Assembly (NCBI GenBank): GCA_014905635.1
Contig: JABVCE010000003.1
Location: 186,001-250,000, forward strand
Direction of reading: 5' to 3'
DNA from: Scenedesmus sp. PABB004
Lineage: Eukaryota
DNA: 64,000 bases
Both the position numbers and the translations under genes were made by a program. Numbering within the stretch: the stretch's first letter is position 1; every line of letters begins with the position of its first letter. Below are positions 21,501 through 37,483 of this stretch, piece after piece. The notes under the pieces are model-generated. The model ran no database searches and was not told the origin of the DNA. It saw only the letters and a program-made list of their open reading frames with translations.

Positions 21501-23283
21501 GGTTCCAAGCCTGCCCTTGCTCGCGTCAGCGTGGCAGCCGGCCGCGACGTGCGCAGCAGGCAGCAGCGGCGCCGACGGCGAGCTGCTGGCGGCGGTGGAC
21601 CGGCACTCGGTGTACCTCCTCGCCTGCACCCAGCAGCACCGGCAGCAGCGCCAGCTGCTGCGCCCGTGCTGCGGCGTGGCCGTCGGCGCCAAGGCGCAGC
21701 TGACGGGCGTCGCCTGGAGCGACGCGGCCACGCTGTGTGCGTCGGACAGCGACGGCAGCGTGCACGTGCTGCAGGTGGGGCGGCGCGGCGCTGCGCGGCG
21801 CGCGTGCGCGGTGTGGTGGGTGCGGCGGTGCGCGCCCTCTGCCGCTGCTGTGCTGCGCTCGCGCGTGCGCTGTGCCCCGTGATGAGCCTCGTGTTAATGT
21901 CCAATTGCTGCCTTACACACAACGTGGGGACACACACACCCGGCTGAGGGCTGACGGCCGCGTGCAGCGCGGCGGGAGCGTGTGCGCGCGTGCACGCCTG
22001 CGCGCCCCCGCGCGCTGTGCCTGCTGACGGCGCGCCCGCCCCCGCCTCGGCTGCCGCCGCCGACCGCGCAGGCGTCCCAGGAGCAGGACGCCGGCGGCGC
22101 CTGGGTGCTGGCTCCGCTGCGGCGGCTGAAGGGGCACATGGGCCCCGTGAGCTGCCTGTCCGGCCTCCCTGGCTGGCCCGGGCTGCTGCTGTCATCATCG
22201 AGCGACCAGACCGTGCGCAGCTGGCAGCCGCGCAGCGAGGCGGGCAGCGCGGCGGGCGCGCCGACGCTCGTGCTCGCCGGCGCGGACGCGGGCGCCGCTG
22301 GCGAGGCAGCTGCGCACGCCACTGCCGCCGTGGCGGATGCGGCGCAGGCGATAGCAGCCACGCCGGCGGCGGCGGTGGCGCCGGCGGCCGGCGCCGGGCA
22401 GGGGCAGCCGCTGCAGCCGCCTGCCGCGCTGCCGCAGCAGGGGCGGGAGCACGAGCAGGCGCCGGTGGCGCAGGCGCCCGCGCCTGATGCTGCGCCGCCG
22501 CGTGCCGGCGGCGCCCAGCCGGGCGGCGGCGGCAGCGCGCGGTTCTGGAAGCAGTTTGTGCTGCCTGGCAGCCGCAGCTTCCTGCCGCCGCTGCCGGACC
22601 CGGCCGACGCGGCGGCGAGCCAGGCGGCGCAGGTGGACGTGGTGGCGCTGGCAGAGGCGCTGTACCCTCCGCCTGACTTGGCGCAGGGAGGCGTGCGCCT
22701 CGCGGCCATGGACCTGCTGTGCGACGGCGCCGCCCCGGCGGCCCCGCCGCAGCCGGCGGCAGGTTGCGCGGCACGCGCGACCCCCGTGGCGGAGGCGCTG
22801 CGCCGGCAGCTCGCGTGCGACCACGCGCTCGGCAGCTGGCTGCCGGCGCTCACGGCCGACGCGCCCGAGCTGCTGGCGCAGCACCTGCACGCGCGCCGGG
22901 ACCAGCAGCACGGCGAGCAGCCGGGCGAGGCGGCGCAGCAGGCGCCGCCCGACGCCGCCGGCGCGGCCGTGCCGCGCCTGGCCATCAACCAGGCGGCCAT
23001 GCTGGCCTTTGTCTGCGGCGACGTCGGCGGCTTCCTCCGCGCCGCGGCGGCGGCCGACGCCGTCACGCCCGACGTCGTCGCGCTGGCGGCCGGCGGCGGC
23101 GCCGGCGCGTGGCGCGCCGCGGCGCGGCTCGGCGCCGCGCGGCTGGCGGCGCGCGGGCAGCCCGAGGCGGCCGCGGTGCAGCTGCTGGCGGCGGGCGACG
23201 CGGGCGAGGCAGCGGACCTGCTGCGGGGAGCGCAGCTGCCAGCCGAGGCCGACGCGGTGGAGGCGAGCTGGCTGGCGGCGTGA
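18597..23283 (+). CDS. GEMIN5: Gemin5-like WD40 protein with C-terminal helical dimerisation module
   Basis: N-terminus MPQLLLASSPNW (cf. Gemin5 LPPSPNW). Many WD repeats (VGCGDKTIRL, LWRNLQDKVLAVAWHP, LAFGCADGSLGVFD, LKGHMGPVSCL..SSSDQTVRSW). C-terminal GDVGGFLRAAAAADAVTPDVVALA..AAAVQLLAAGDAGEAADLL resembles the Gemin5 TPR-like domain. Confidence 0.75.
21874..21951 (+). ncRNA. Candidate intronic C/D box snoRNA
   Basis: Box C GTGATGA at 21879-21885, box D CTGA at 21944-21947 and terminal stem gccc/gggc. The interior is AT-richer than the host intron. No target established. Confidence 0.3.
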
Positions 23284-23466
23284 CCGCGCGAGAGCGGCGG
23301 CGGCATCGCCTTGGGATGGCCAGGGCTGAGTAACCGGCTGCGTGCCGAGCCACTGCGTGCAGCCTGCAGCCTGCAGCCTGCCGCCCACCCGCGCGCGCGC
23401 GCCCCTCAACTGCGCTGTTGTACACGCCGTCGCGCGGCCCTGCCGCTCGCCAACCACGGCGCTGCG

Positions 23467-25417
23467 TCACAGCAGCGAGAACACGCGCGCGGTCGCGTCG
23501 TCCGCGCCCGAGAGCGCCATGCTGCCGTCCGGGCTCAGCGCGACGTCCTGCACCGCCGCCTCGTGCCCGCCCAGCTGCTTGACGCACCCCGCCGTGCGCA
23601 GGTCCCACAGCCGCACCACGCCATCGAGGCAGCCCGTCGCGACCAGCGGCTGCTGGGACGCCCAGGCCATGCGCGTGATGGGCTGCGGCGGACGGCAGCG
23701 GCGTCAGCCGCGCGGCCCGCGCGGCGGCGCCAGCCGGCGCCGCCGGCGCGGCGCTGCAGCGCGCCCACCCACCTGCGGGTGCTGGCAGCAGCCGCGCTCG
23801 GTGAAGGTGCCGGTGTCCCACACGAGCAGCTTGCCGTCGATGCCGGCCGTGGCGGCCATCGGCAGGTGGCTGCTGAAGCCCGCCGCCTCAACAGAGTCCT
23901 CGTGCCCTGCGCGGCGCATCGCGGCGCAGCGGGCGGGGCCGTGTGCTCGTTGTGTCGTCACCGCCGCCCGCGCCGCGCCGCGCCACGCATCGCACCCTGC
24001 AACGACGCCACGAGGCGCTTGGTGTGGATGTTGGACACGCGCACCGCGCCGTCGACGCCGCCCGTGATCACGACCGCGCCGTCGCCGTGCACGCCGAGGC
24101 AGGCGATGGCCTCCTCGTGGAAGGGGTGCCCCGCGAGCTGCAGGCTGCATTCCCCGGTCTTGGGGTTCCACACGCGCAGGCTGCAGTCGCTCTCGCCGCC
24201 CGCGCTCACGACGGACTTGCCGTCGGGCGTGAACGCGCCCGCCGACACGGGGCCGCTGTGCCCCGAGAACACCTGCGCCGCGGTGGCGGCGGCGGCGGCG
24301 GTGTCGGCGGCGGTGGCGGCGGCGGCGGCGGCGCGGCGGCGTCGGCCCTACTGCGCTGCACGGAGCACTGGGCCGGGCTGGGTGGCTCAGCCAGCCTGGC
24401 GGCGGTGCACGGCGCGCGGCGCGGCGAGCGGCGCGCGCCTGCATGCAGGTGCCGGCCTGCGCGAGCCACATCCACATCGTGAAGTCCTCGCTGCCCGCGA
24501 GGACGATGTCGCCCTTGGGGTGCCACGCCAGCCACTCGACGCCGTCGCCCGGGCCCTCCAGCGTCTGCATGCAGCTGCCGTCGGCGACGCGCCACACGCG
24601 CACCGTCGCGTCAAGGCTCGCCGTCGCCAGCAGCGTACCTGCGCGCCGCCGCGCGCAGGTGCAGGCTCGGACGCGGGCTCGGCGCAGCGCCCCTCCGCCT
24701 CCTCTGGCGCCGCCCTGCGCCCCCCGCCGGCGCCGCACCTGTCGCGTTGAAGGCCAGCGACACGACCGAGTCGGTGTGCCCTGCCAGCTCCGCGGTCGCC
24801 ATCGTGCCGCCCGTCGCCTCCGCCGCGTCGTGGCCCACCTGCGCCGGGCGCGGCGGCAGCGCCCGGGCGTCAGCCGCTGCCGCAGCGGCTGCTGTGGCGG
24901 CGGCTGCGCGGCGCGGCGGGGGCCGCACCCGCCAGAGGAAGGCCTTGTCGTCCTGCCCGCCGCTGGCCACGAGGTCGGCCTGCGTGGTGCTCCACGCCAC
25001 CGCCAGCACCGCGTCTGCAGGGCGGGCAGCGCGCAGCGCGCGCGGGCGGCGGCTCAGGGCCGCCGCCTGCGCCGCGCGCGGGCGCGGGCGCGGGCGCGGG
25101 CGCCGCACCGCCGTGGCCCTCGAAGCACTGCAGCGAGTCGTCCTCCATGGGGTGGTCCTCGCCCTCGCCGTCAGCCTGGTCGTCGTCGCCCTCGCTGCTC
25201 GCGCCCGGCATGCCTGCGGCGCGGCAGCAGTCGTCGCCGCCGCCCGGCCGCCGCCGCTGCCGGCCGCCGGCGTGCGCGCCGCACCCTCGCCGTCCAGGTC
25301 GTCCAGGACCTCGCCGTCGAAGCCGTCGGCGCCCTCGGGTGCGATGAAGGCCGCGTCCTCGTCCTCAGGCGGCGGCGGTGCGGGCACGCCGCCGGGCTGC
25401 TGCTGCTGCTCCGCCAT
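23467..25417 (-). CDS. AAMP: AAMP/Sqt1-like WD40 protein (uL16 chaperone), 8 exons
   Basis: Acidic N-terminus, then EDDSLQCFEGH, VASGGQDDKAFLW, GHTDSVVSLAFN, LEGPGDGVEWLAWHPKGDIVLAGSEDFTMWMW, VFSGHSGPVSAGAFTPDGK, GHEDSVE, SGADDATARVFSLL*. Confidence 0.9.
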
Positions 25418-25767
25418 CGCCGCTCGGCGTGGGCGGCCGCGACGCGGCGCGTCAGACGTATGCACGGCCCGGGAGTGCAGGGGGCGAGCGGCACCCCTGC
25501 GTCAAGGGGACCCGGGGCCGGCGGCGGCGGTCCACGCCGTCCGTCACGACACTCTGTGCTCCCAGGACTGGCGTGAGCGCCCGCCCACTGCCACACCCGC
25601 TCACACGGCCCACCCGACCGCCCGGCGCCGCCGCCGTCGACGGGTTGAGCGCGCCGCCGCCGCCGCCGCCCACCGCCGCCGCCGCCGCCGCCGCCCGCCG
25701 CCGCCGCCGCCGCCCGCCGCCGCCGCCGCTGTCGGGAGCGCGCCGCCGCCGGAGCGCGACCGCCGCC

Positions 25768-27410
<1,643 letters not shown>

Positions 27411-28083
27411 GCGCACCGGTGCTCCGCCTCTTCTTCCCCCACGCTCCGGGCGCTCTGGGCGTCACGTGACGCCCGCGGCTGACGGCGCGCGCCGCGTCCA
27501 AGCCGCCGCTCGCTGCGACACGCGGGCGGCGGGCGGGCTGCTGCAGCGGGCGCGCGCAGCGCGCGCCGCGCGGTTGGGGCGCCGCCGCCGCGCGAGCTCG
27601 CTGGCGGTGTGCACGCGCGCTGGGGCGACGGCCGGCAGGCGGCCGCCCGCCGCTGCCGCCGACCGCGCCGCGCGAAGGTCGCGCGTCACGCGCTCGCGCG
27701 CCGCTATTTGCCTCGGTGAGCTCTGCCGAGGCCGCTGCCTGGGGAACTGCCGGATGCCGGGGCTGGCCGGGAAAGACCGGCCGCCGACGGTCGTGCCGCC
27801 GCGCTCGTCAGCCGAACGGTCGCGCGGCGGCGCGGCGGCGGTCGCTTCAATTTGCCCGCCGTTTCGGATCCGCAGCGCGCAGAAGCAGCCGGCGCGGCTC
27901 CAGCGCAGCGCAGCGCGCCACTGCTGCTGGCACGCGCCCCGCTGCCCCGGAGCAGCAGCAGCCCGCGCGCGCAGGCGCGGCCCGGATCCGGCGGCCGGCG
28001 CGGTCGTCAGCTCGCGGCCGGGGGGCGCCTCCGGCAACCCGCAGCGTCGGCGCGGGCGCCCGCCATCGCCAAGCTCGCCCGCA

Positions 28084-30026
<1,943 letters not shown>

Positions 30027-30042
30027 GCGCGGCGCCGGCCGC

Positions 30043-30085
<43 letters not shown>

Positions 30086-31460
30086 GCGCGTGCACGACCG
30101 CGCGCGGGGGCGGACGGCCGGGAGGGCAGGCGGCGCGGCGGGGGGGGGGGGGGGGCGGGCTACTTATGCACGCACTTTTTGACCCTTAGGCAGGGGACGG
30201 TGGCAGGCGCGCTGCGGGCGCGCGTCTCCCGGGATGGCGGGCCCGGCGGGCCCGGCATAGCCGCCCCAGCAGCGGCGGAGGCGGGCGGCCGACGCCGCCC
30301 GCCGCACGGGCGCGTCCCGGCGACCTGGCCGGGCGCCGCCCGGCTGCTGCGGCTCCCGGCGGAGACGCGCCGCAGGCCGCGCCGCGGGGGTGCCCTCGCG
30401 CGAGCTCGCGGCCATGCGGGCGCTGTGCAGTGTGTGTCGCTTTTCGGGCGTGACCGCGTGTGCGTGGGCTGGCGTGTGTTTGCGGGCCTCTCTCTCCTCC
30501 TGGGTGGTGTTGCGGCGGGCCGCGGCGCGCCCGGGATCGGCGCACGCGCGCCCGCCGCGCCTCGACGCAACAGCTACAATGCCACGAGCTCCGCGCGGGG
30601 CACCACGGACGACGGGCTACACATACACGTAGGGACGCCGGCGCTCGGCGGCGCGGACGCCCGCCCCGCCCCGCCGCGCGCGCGCGCCCGCGCCGCCCCG
30701 CGGCGGCGCCGCCGCGCCCGGCGGGCTGCGGCGCCGGCCACGCGGGCGGCCGGCCGCGCGCGGCGGGCGGGCGCGGCCCGCGCGCCTCGCAGGCGGGGCG
30801 GGGCGTGCGAGAGCGTGTGCGGGCGGTGGTGGGTCTTCTTTCTGGGCGCGTGCAGGAGGCGGCGCAGCGGGGGCTGCGCGGCGCCCGGCCCAGGGCGGCG
30901 GCGCGCGCGCGCAGGTGTGCGGTCGGGGCGCGGGCGTTGTGCATTGGGCTGTGTGCTGGGAGCTCGCTCGCTGGGGGAGCTCTCCCTGGACCTCCCTCCC
31001 TGCGCGCGCGCGTGCGCGCGCGTTTGTAAGCACGTGTGCGTGCGTGGGCGGGTCGCCGCCCGGCGCTCGGCCCGGCGCGGCGCGGGCGTCCCCGCGGCGG
31101 CGCAGCAGCAGCGGCCCCGCCCCGCTGTGCGCCGTGCGCTTCCGCCCGCAGCCCGCAGCCCGCAGCCCGCAGCCCGCAGCCCGGCCCTGGCCCCCCAAAG
31201 CCGCTCGGCAGCGCCGCGCGGGCGCCGCCGCGCCCGCGCTGCCGGAGCCGCCGCCGCGCCGGCCCGTCAAAGCGCGCGGGACCGCGGCGCCGCGGGACAG
31301 GGCCCGCCATGATCGTGGCGCGCCCGCGCGGGGGCCGCGCGCTCGACTGCACTCGAGGGCGCGGTCTTAGGTTCCAGGGCCGCCTGTCTTTAGCGGAGCG
31401 CGGCCCTCCGTGCGGCCCTCTTTCGACCCCGCGGCCGGGCGTTGACGGCAGCCAGCAACC

Positions 31461-32910
31461 ATGGTGCGCGCGGCGCCGGCGGGCGGGGGCGGCGGGCGGC
31501 GATGCGATGCGGCGCCGAGGGGGGCGGCTGCGGCGGGGCGCTGCTCCGCGGCCCGCCCGTGGGCGGAGAAGGGTGGCGCGGGCGTGCTCGGCGGCGCGGC
31601 GGCCGTGGGGCCGGCGGGCGGAGCAGCAGCCGATCCCTGCCGGCCCGCGCCCCCGCCCCGCGCAGGGCATCGACCTCATAGCGGGCGGCCGCAACAAGAA
31701 AACGGCCCGCACCGCCCCCAAGTCTGACAATGTCTACCTCAAGCTGCTGGTGAAGGTGCGGCCGCGGCGGCGCCGGCGGCGGCGGGCCATCAGCAGCAGC
31801 AGCGCGCCGCGCCCGCGCCCGCCCGCCGCCGGCGCCGCCGCCCACGCGCGCGCGTGCGCCGGTCCCGCAGCTGTACCGCTTCCTGGTGCGCCGCACAGAC
31901 AGCAACTTCAACCAGGTGGTGCTGAAGCGGCTGTTCATGTCCAAGACCAACCGGCCGCCGCTGTCGCTCTCCAAGCTCGCGCAGTTCATGGCCGGCAAGG
32001 TGCGCGAGGAGAGGGGGGGGGGGTGGATCCAGCACGCAGCGCCAGCTCCAGCGGGAGCCGCGCCGGGGCGGCAGCAGGGCGCGCCGCCGGCGGGGCGGCG
32101 CAGGCGCGGCGGGGGCCGACCGCGGCACGCCGCCGCCGCGCAGGAGGACAAGATCGCGGTGCTGGTGGCGACCATCACCGACGACAGCCGCCTGTTCGAG
32201 GTGCCCAAGCTGCGCGTGTGCGCGCTGCGCTTCACCGAGACCGCGCGCGCCCGCATCGTCAAGGTGCGCGGCGGCGCGCACGGCGCCAGCGCGGCGGCAG
32301 CGGCTGGAGCCGCAGCGGCAGCGGCTGGAGCGGCAGCGGCTGGAGCGGCAGCGGCTGGCGGTGGCGGTGGCAGGCGGTGACAACAGGCGGCGGCAGCGCC
32401 CAGCGGCAGCCGGAGGCGGTGGTTGCGGCCCCGTTGCCCGGGCACGCTGCTGCGTGGCCTCGTCCCTCGCGGGCGTGCTTCGCTTGGCCATGCCCGCCAG
32501 CGATGAGGCCACGCTGCTGCGTGCGCGGGCATCGGGCGAGAGCGGCAGCGCCGCGCCGCCGCACAGCACAGACGCTGCGCCCGCACCAGAGCGGCCAGCA
32601 GGGCCGCTGGGGCGGCAGCGCCCGCTGCCGCGCCGCCTGCGTGCCGCCGACGCGTCCCGCCTGCCCGCGCGCTGCCCCGCGCCCGCAGGCCGGCGGCGAG
32701 TGCCTGACCTTTGACCAGCTGGCGCTGGAGCGCCCGACCGGCAAGGACTGCGTGCTCCTGCGCGGCCCCAAGAACAGCCGCGAGGCGGTCAAGCACTTTG
32801 GCCCCGCGCCCGGCGTGCCCCACAGCAGCACCAAGCCCTACGTGCGCGCCAAGGGCCGCAAGTTCGAGAAGGCCCGCGGTCGCAGGAAGAGCCGCGGCTA
32901 CAAGGCCTAA
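31461..32910 (+). CDS. RPL18: 60S ribosomal protein L18 (eL18), 5 exons; first coding exon is the ATG only
   Basis: [65 protein letters not shown]../[38 protein letters not shown]. Confidence 0.97.
32430..32536 (+). ncRNA. Pre-miRNA-like hairpin in RPL18 intron 4
   Basis: Ungapped 48-position stem, 32430-32477 with 32489-32536, containing six 1x1 mismatches, two G-U pairs and an 11-nt loop. Confidence 0.55.
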
Positions 32911-33655
32911 GCGCCCCGCCGGCGAGACGCTGGCGCGCGCCGCGCGCGCGGCGCGGCGGCCCGGCAGCAGCAGAGCTGTGCGGGCGGCGCGGCGCACGCG
33001 CGCGGCGCGGGGCCCCGCGGGGGGCGTGGGCGGCTGGCGGCACTTGGTGGCCGCGCGCGTCGCGGCCGCCGGGCGGCCGCGGCCCTGCAGAGGCAGAGGG
33101 CCGCGCACCGGGCGGCGGCGGCTGGCGCAGGGCGTGGCTGGCGTCCGGCGCAGGCGCCGCGCCGTGCGCGGGGACGGCGACCGCTGGGCCCCCGGCGGCG
33201 TGGCTCGGACGGCTGCGCCTGGTAACCTGTGCGTGACGCGCCTTTGCGGGGCTGCAAGCGGCTGCGCGGCTGCCGGCAGACAGACGGACGCCAGAGTTTA
33301 CATTAAACAGCCGCGCCAGCTCGCCAGCTCGCCAGCAGCGGCTCGGCGACGGTGGACGCGCGCGGACGGCAAAACGCAGCACCCCCCTGGTCCCTCTCGC
33401 GGTGCCAACTCCCGCACGCACCGAGCGGCTCGCTGCCGCGCGCGGCCGCGCGAGCCCGCCCCGGCCGCGACGCCGCCGGCCGCGCCCGACGCGCGCCCAG
33501 CACGCGGCGACGGCGGCCGCCGCCGCGGGCGCGCGCGATCAAGGGCGCGGGACGGCCCCGCCGCGCACACACGCACCCCGCCCGCCCGCCCCGGCCCGCC
33601 CCGCCCCGCCTCGCCCGCCCCGCCCAGTCGCGTGCGGCGCGCGGCTCGGCGCTGC

Positions 33656-35324
33656 TCAGCGCGTGGGGATGGACTGGTAGCCCTGGTTGGTGCGCTTGGG
33701 CGGGAGCTTGCGCAGGATGCAGAGCACCCACGCGCTCGGCAGCAGCTCGGCGAGGCCGTAGTAGGCCAGGTTCAGCAGCGGGTGCCCCAGCACGTCGAGG
33801 TCGAGGTCCGCCGCGTCGACCGCGCTCAGCGCGACCAGCAGCGCCCTGCGGCGCGGCGGCGCGCGCGGCGACGGCGGCGGCGGCGGCGGCGCGCGGGTCG
33901 GCGCGCGACGCGGCGCGGCGCGGCGGGGCGCAGCCGCCAGCGCGGCGCGCCGCGGCGGGGCGCCGCCGCAGGCGCGCGCGCCGCAGCAGGCGCGGCGACG
34001 CCGCAGGCGCGCGCCTGACGCTGAAGCAGGCGGCGCAGATGGCGGTGACCATGCCGACCTCGCGCAGCTTCTTCTTGCGGCCGCGGCTCTCGATGGGGAA
34101 GCGCTGCAGCATGAGGAAGAGGCGGCCGCCGTACAGCAGGAAGCCGGCCGCCGCGGCGAGGCTCACCGCGGCGAGGAAGCCCGCGCTCAGCGCGTGGCTC
34201 AGCGCCTCGGCCGACTCGCTCGCGGCGGCAGACTCGTACGCCCACAGCCCGCCCTGCGGGCGGCGGGCGGGCGGGCGGGGGTGTGGGTGGGTGGGTGGGT
34301 GGGTGGGTGGGTGGGTGGGTGGGTGGGTGGGACGCGCCGGCGCGCGCGCGGGTGTGGCGGCGCGGCGGCGCGCGCGCGCGGGGCTGCGGTGTGCGCGCGG
34401 GACTGCGGTGCGCGCGCGGGGGCCAGCGTGCGCGCGCGGGGGGCGGCGTGCGCGCCTGCGCTGCGTAGACGAGGGCGTTGAAGGCGATGAAGATGGGCCG
34501 CAGCGACGCGGTGGGCATGCTGCGCGCCTGGTGGTAGATCTCCGCCCAGAAGAGCACCAGCAGCGTGTAGGTCGTGAAGAAGAGGAGACCTGGCGGGGAG
34601 GGGAGAGGGAGGGGGAGGGGAGGGGGAGGGGGAGAGGGAGGGAGGGAGGCGGCGGCGGCGCGTGACGCGCGGGAGGCGGAGGGGCGCGAGGGCGCGGCGG
34701 CGAGCTCGGCCGCCCCGCCCCGCCCTGCCCCGCCCGGCCTGGCCCGCGAGCCGCGCGCGCGCGCACCGGGCAGGTCGAACAGCACCAGCCGCACGGCGTC
34801 GGGGTGCAGCTGCTCCATCTGCACGCGGAACGCAAAGCTGCCGCACCGCAAGCTGCACACGAGGGCGTTGAGCAGGTGGAACACCTTCTGCGTCGTCCAC
34901 CCATACTCCGGCACGCGCAGCTGGATGCGCACGAGTTGCACCTGCGGCGGCGGCGGCGGCGGCGTCGGCGTCGGGGCCGGCGCCGGCGCGACGGCGACAG
35001 CAGCAGCAGCAGGAGCAGCGCCGCGGCGCCGGGCCCCGCCCCGCGCCGCCGCCGCCGCCGCCGCGCGCGCCGCCGCCGCCCCGCGCAGCCCACCAGCGCC
35101 ACCAGCGCTATGAGGCCGTAGGCGGCGGCCAGGCCGTAGTTGGCGTAGAGCTGCAGGGCGGGGTTGTTCTCCAGGTCGTTCCACCTGCGCCAGCCGCGCT
35201 GCGTGAGCCGCCTGGCCCCGCACGCGCGCCAGGGCCCGCCCGGAACCCGGGGCCGGCCGCCCGCGGCGCCGCACCACTGCGGGAACGCCCCCACGCCCGC
35301 GGCGACGAGGAGTGCGCCTCGCAT
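33656..35324 (-). CDS. TOM1: Tobamovirus multiplication 1 family (TOM1/TOM3/THH1) membrane protein, 6 exons
   Basis: [106 protein letters not shown]. Confidence 0.95.
34284..34331. repeat. (TGGG)12 microsatellite in a TOM1 intron
   Basis: Direct read of the sequence. Confidence 0.9.
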
Positions 35325-35860
35325 CGCGCCCCCCGGTCGCGCCCGACCGCTAGGCCGCCCGGCCGGCGCACAGAGCGCGTGATCGGCGTCGCCCGTCCCC
35401 GGGGCGCGCGGCCACAGCGCCTGGCGCGTCGGTGGCCGCTGATGCTCCTGCTGCCGCCCGGCGCGCCGCGTGGCGCAGCCTGAGCAGCGGGCGGGATGCG
35501 GGCTCGCACGCGCGTCGACACCACGCCCGGAACGCTGCGGATTGGGTGCGCGCGGCGGCAGCAGGCAGGGTGCAGTCGGCGTGTGGACCCGAAACCCCTG
35601 CTGCCTGGAGCGGGCCTGGCCTCACGCAGCCATCCAACCCCATCGCCGGACCCGCCGCCGCCGCAGTGCGCCGCCGCCGGCAGCAGCGACGGCGGCGCCG
35701 CAGCAGCGGGTGCAGCGCGCGCCGCCGCCGCTGGCCGCGCGGGGGGGGGGGGGGGGGGCGCCGCGGCAGCAGCTGGCAGCTGCTCCACGCTGCTCCCCGC
35801 GCGGCGGCGCCTGAGCCAGCGGCTCGCCGCCGCAGCAGCTGCCGGCGGTTGGCCCAGAAC

Positions 35861-37452
35861 ATGCGCGCGCCGGGCTCGCCAGCGGCGGCCTCGCCGCGCT
35901 GGCTGACCGTGGCGCCGTCGCGCAAGGCGAGCTGCTGCTGCCGGCTGCACCACCAGGGCGTGCTTGGGGCGCCGCGCGTGCCACGGCGCCCGCTGCGCTG
36001 CACAGCGTCCAACGCGTGCGCAGGACCGGCACACCGGCCTCGCGTACGCCTGCTACTTCACGCTCGGCAGCGGCGTGCTGGCGCCCTGGAACGCCTTCAT
36101 CACCGGTGCGGCGCGCCCTGGCGGGGCCGGTGACCCCGCGGCGCGCGGCGAGCCGCCCGCGTGCGACGCGCCGCCGGGGCCGCGCGCCGCGGTGCGCGCA
36201 CCACCCCGCAGCCGCCGACTACTACGAAGCCGTCTTCCCCGGCCGCCACGTCGACCGCCTCTTCACGGTGAGGCAGGGATCCCGAAAGCAGCCCAGGCGG
36301 CCCAGGGCAGGGCGCCGCCAAGCGCTGCGCGGCGCGGCGCGGCGGCGCCGCCCCACCGCCGCCTGACGCGCCGGTCCGCGCCGCGCGTCAGGTGACGTAC
36401 CTGCCCATCTGCCTCGCGCTGCTGGGCGTGATGATCCGCTGGAGCGGCCTGCCCCTGCGCCCACGCATCCTCACCGCCTTTGCCGGCTTCACCGCCGTCA
36501 TGCTCGTCGTGCCACTCGTGCGCCCCACGCCCCACGCCGCGCCGCTGCCGCCGCTGCCCGGTGCGGGCGCCCGCCGACCGCCCCGACCGCGCGCCCGCGG
36601 CCGCAGGTGGACGGCGTGCTGGTGGGCACCGAGGGCGTGGGCCCGCCCGCCGCGCTCGGCGTGCTCCTCGCCTGCGTCGCCGCGGTCGGCGTGCTGGATG
36701 GCCTGAGCCAGGGCGCGGTCTACGCTGACGCGGCGCAGCTGCCGCCGCGCTACACGCACGTGCGCGCTGCTGCTGGCAGCGCGCCAGCCCGCGGCGGAGA
36801 GGGCGGCGCGGGCGGGGCACGTCCCGCGCCGCGCGCCCCACGCGCGCGCCGGCCCCGCCGCCCGCGGCGCTCCGCACGGGCGCAGGCTGTTGTCGGCGGC
36901 ACGGCGAGCTCGGGCGTGCTCATCTGCCTCCTGCGCATTGCGACCAAGGCCAGCCTGCCGGCGACGAGGGCTGGGCTGCGCCGCAGCACGGCCCTGTACT
37001 TTGCTGCCGCCGGCTGCATCAGCGCCGTGTGCTGGGTGATCTTCCACTCGGTGCTGCCCCGCCTGGGCGTGGTGCGCCACTTCCGCGCGGCCGCGGCAGG
37101 TGCGCCGTGCCGCGCCGCGCCGCGCCACGGCGTGCGCTGTGCCACGGCGGCGTCTGCGGCCTCATTTGCTCCGCCGCCGCCGCCGCCGCCGTGGGCGCAG
37201 GGGAGAAGCTGGTTGAGCTCAGCCCGCAGCCGAGCCTGCGCCACGACGAGCCGCCCGTGGCGCTGGAGGTGGCTACGGCCGACGACCAGGTGCGGCCGCC
37301 CCAGCGCGCTGACGGCACGGCGCGGCCCGCTGCGCGCTCACGGTCGGGGTCGCGTGCTGCTGCCACCGCCGCTGTCGCCGCCCCGCAGCGCCCGCTGGTG
37401 CGGCGGCTCAGCGGCAGCAGCTCCACGGACCCGCAGCACCTCGCGGCGGGGA

Positions 37453-37483
<31 letters not shown>

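Noticed and set aside
30179..31312. Possible gene between GGPPS and RPL18
   Set aside because: No coherent exon chain or codon bias. A TGTAA at 31025 fits a long GGPPS 3' UTR.
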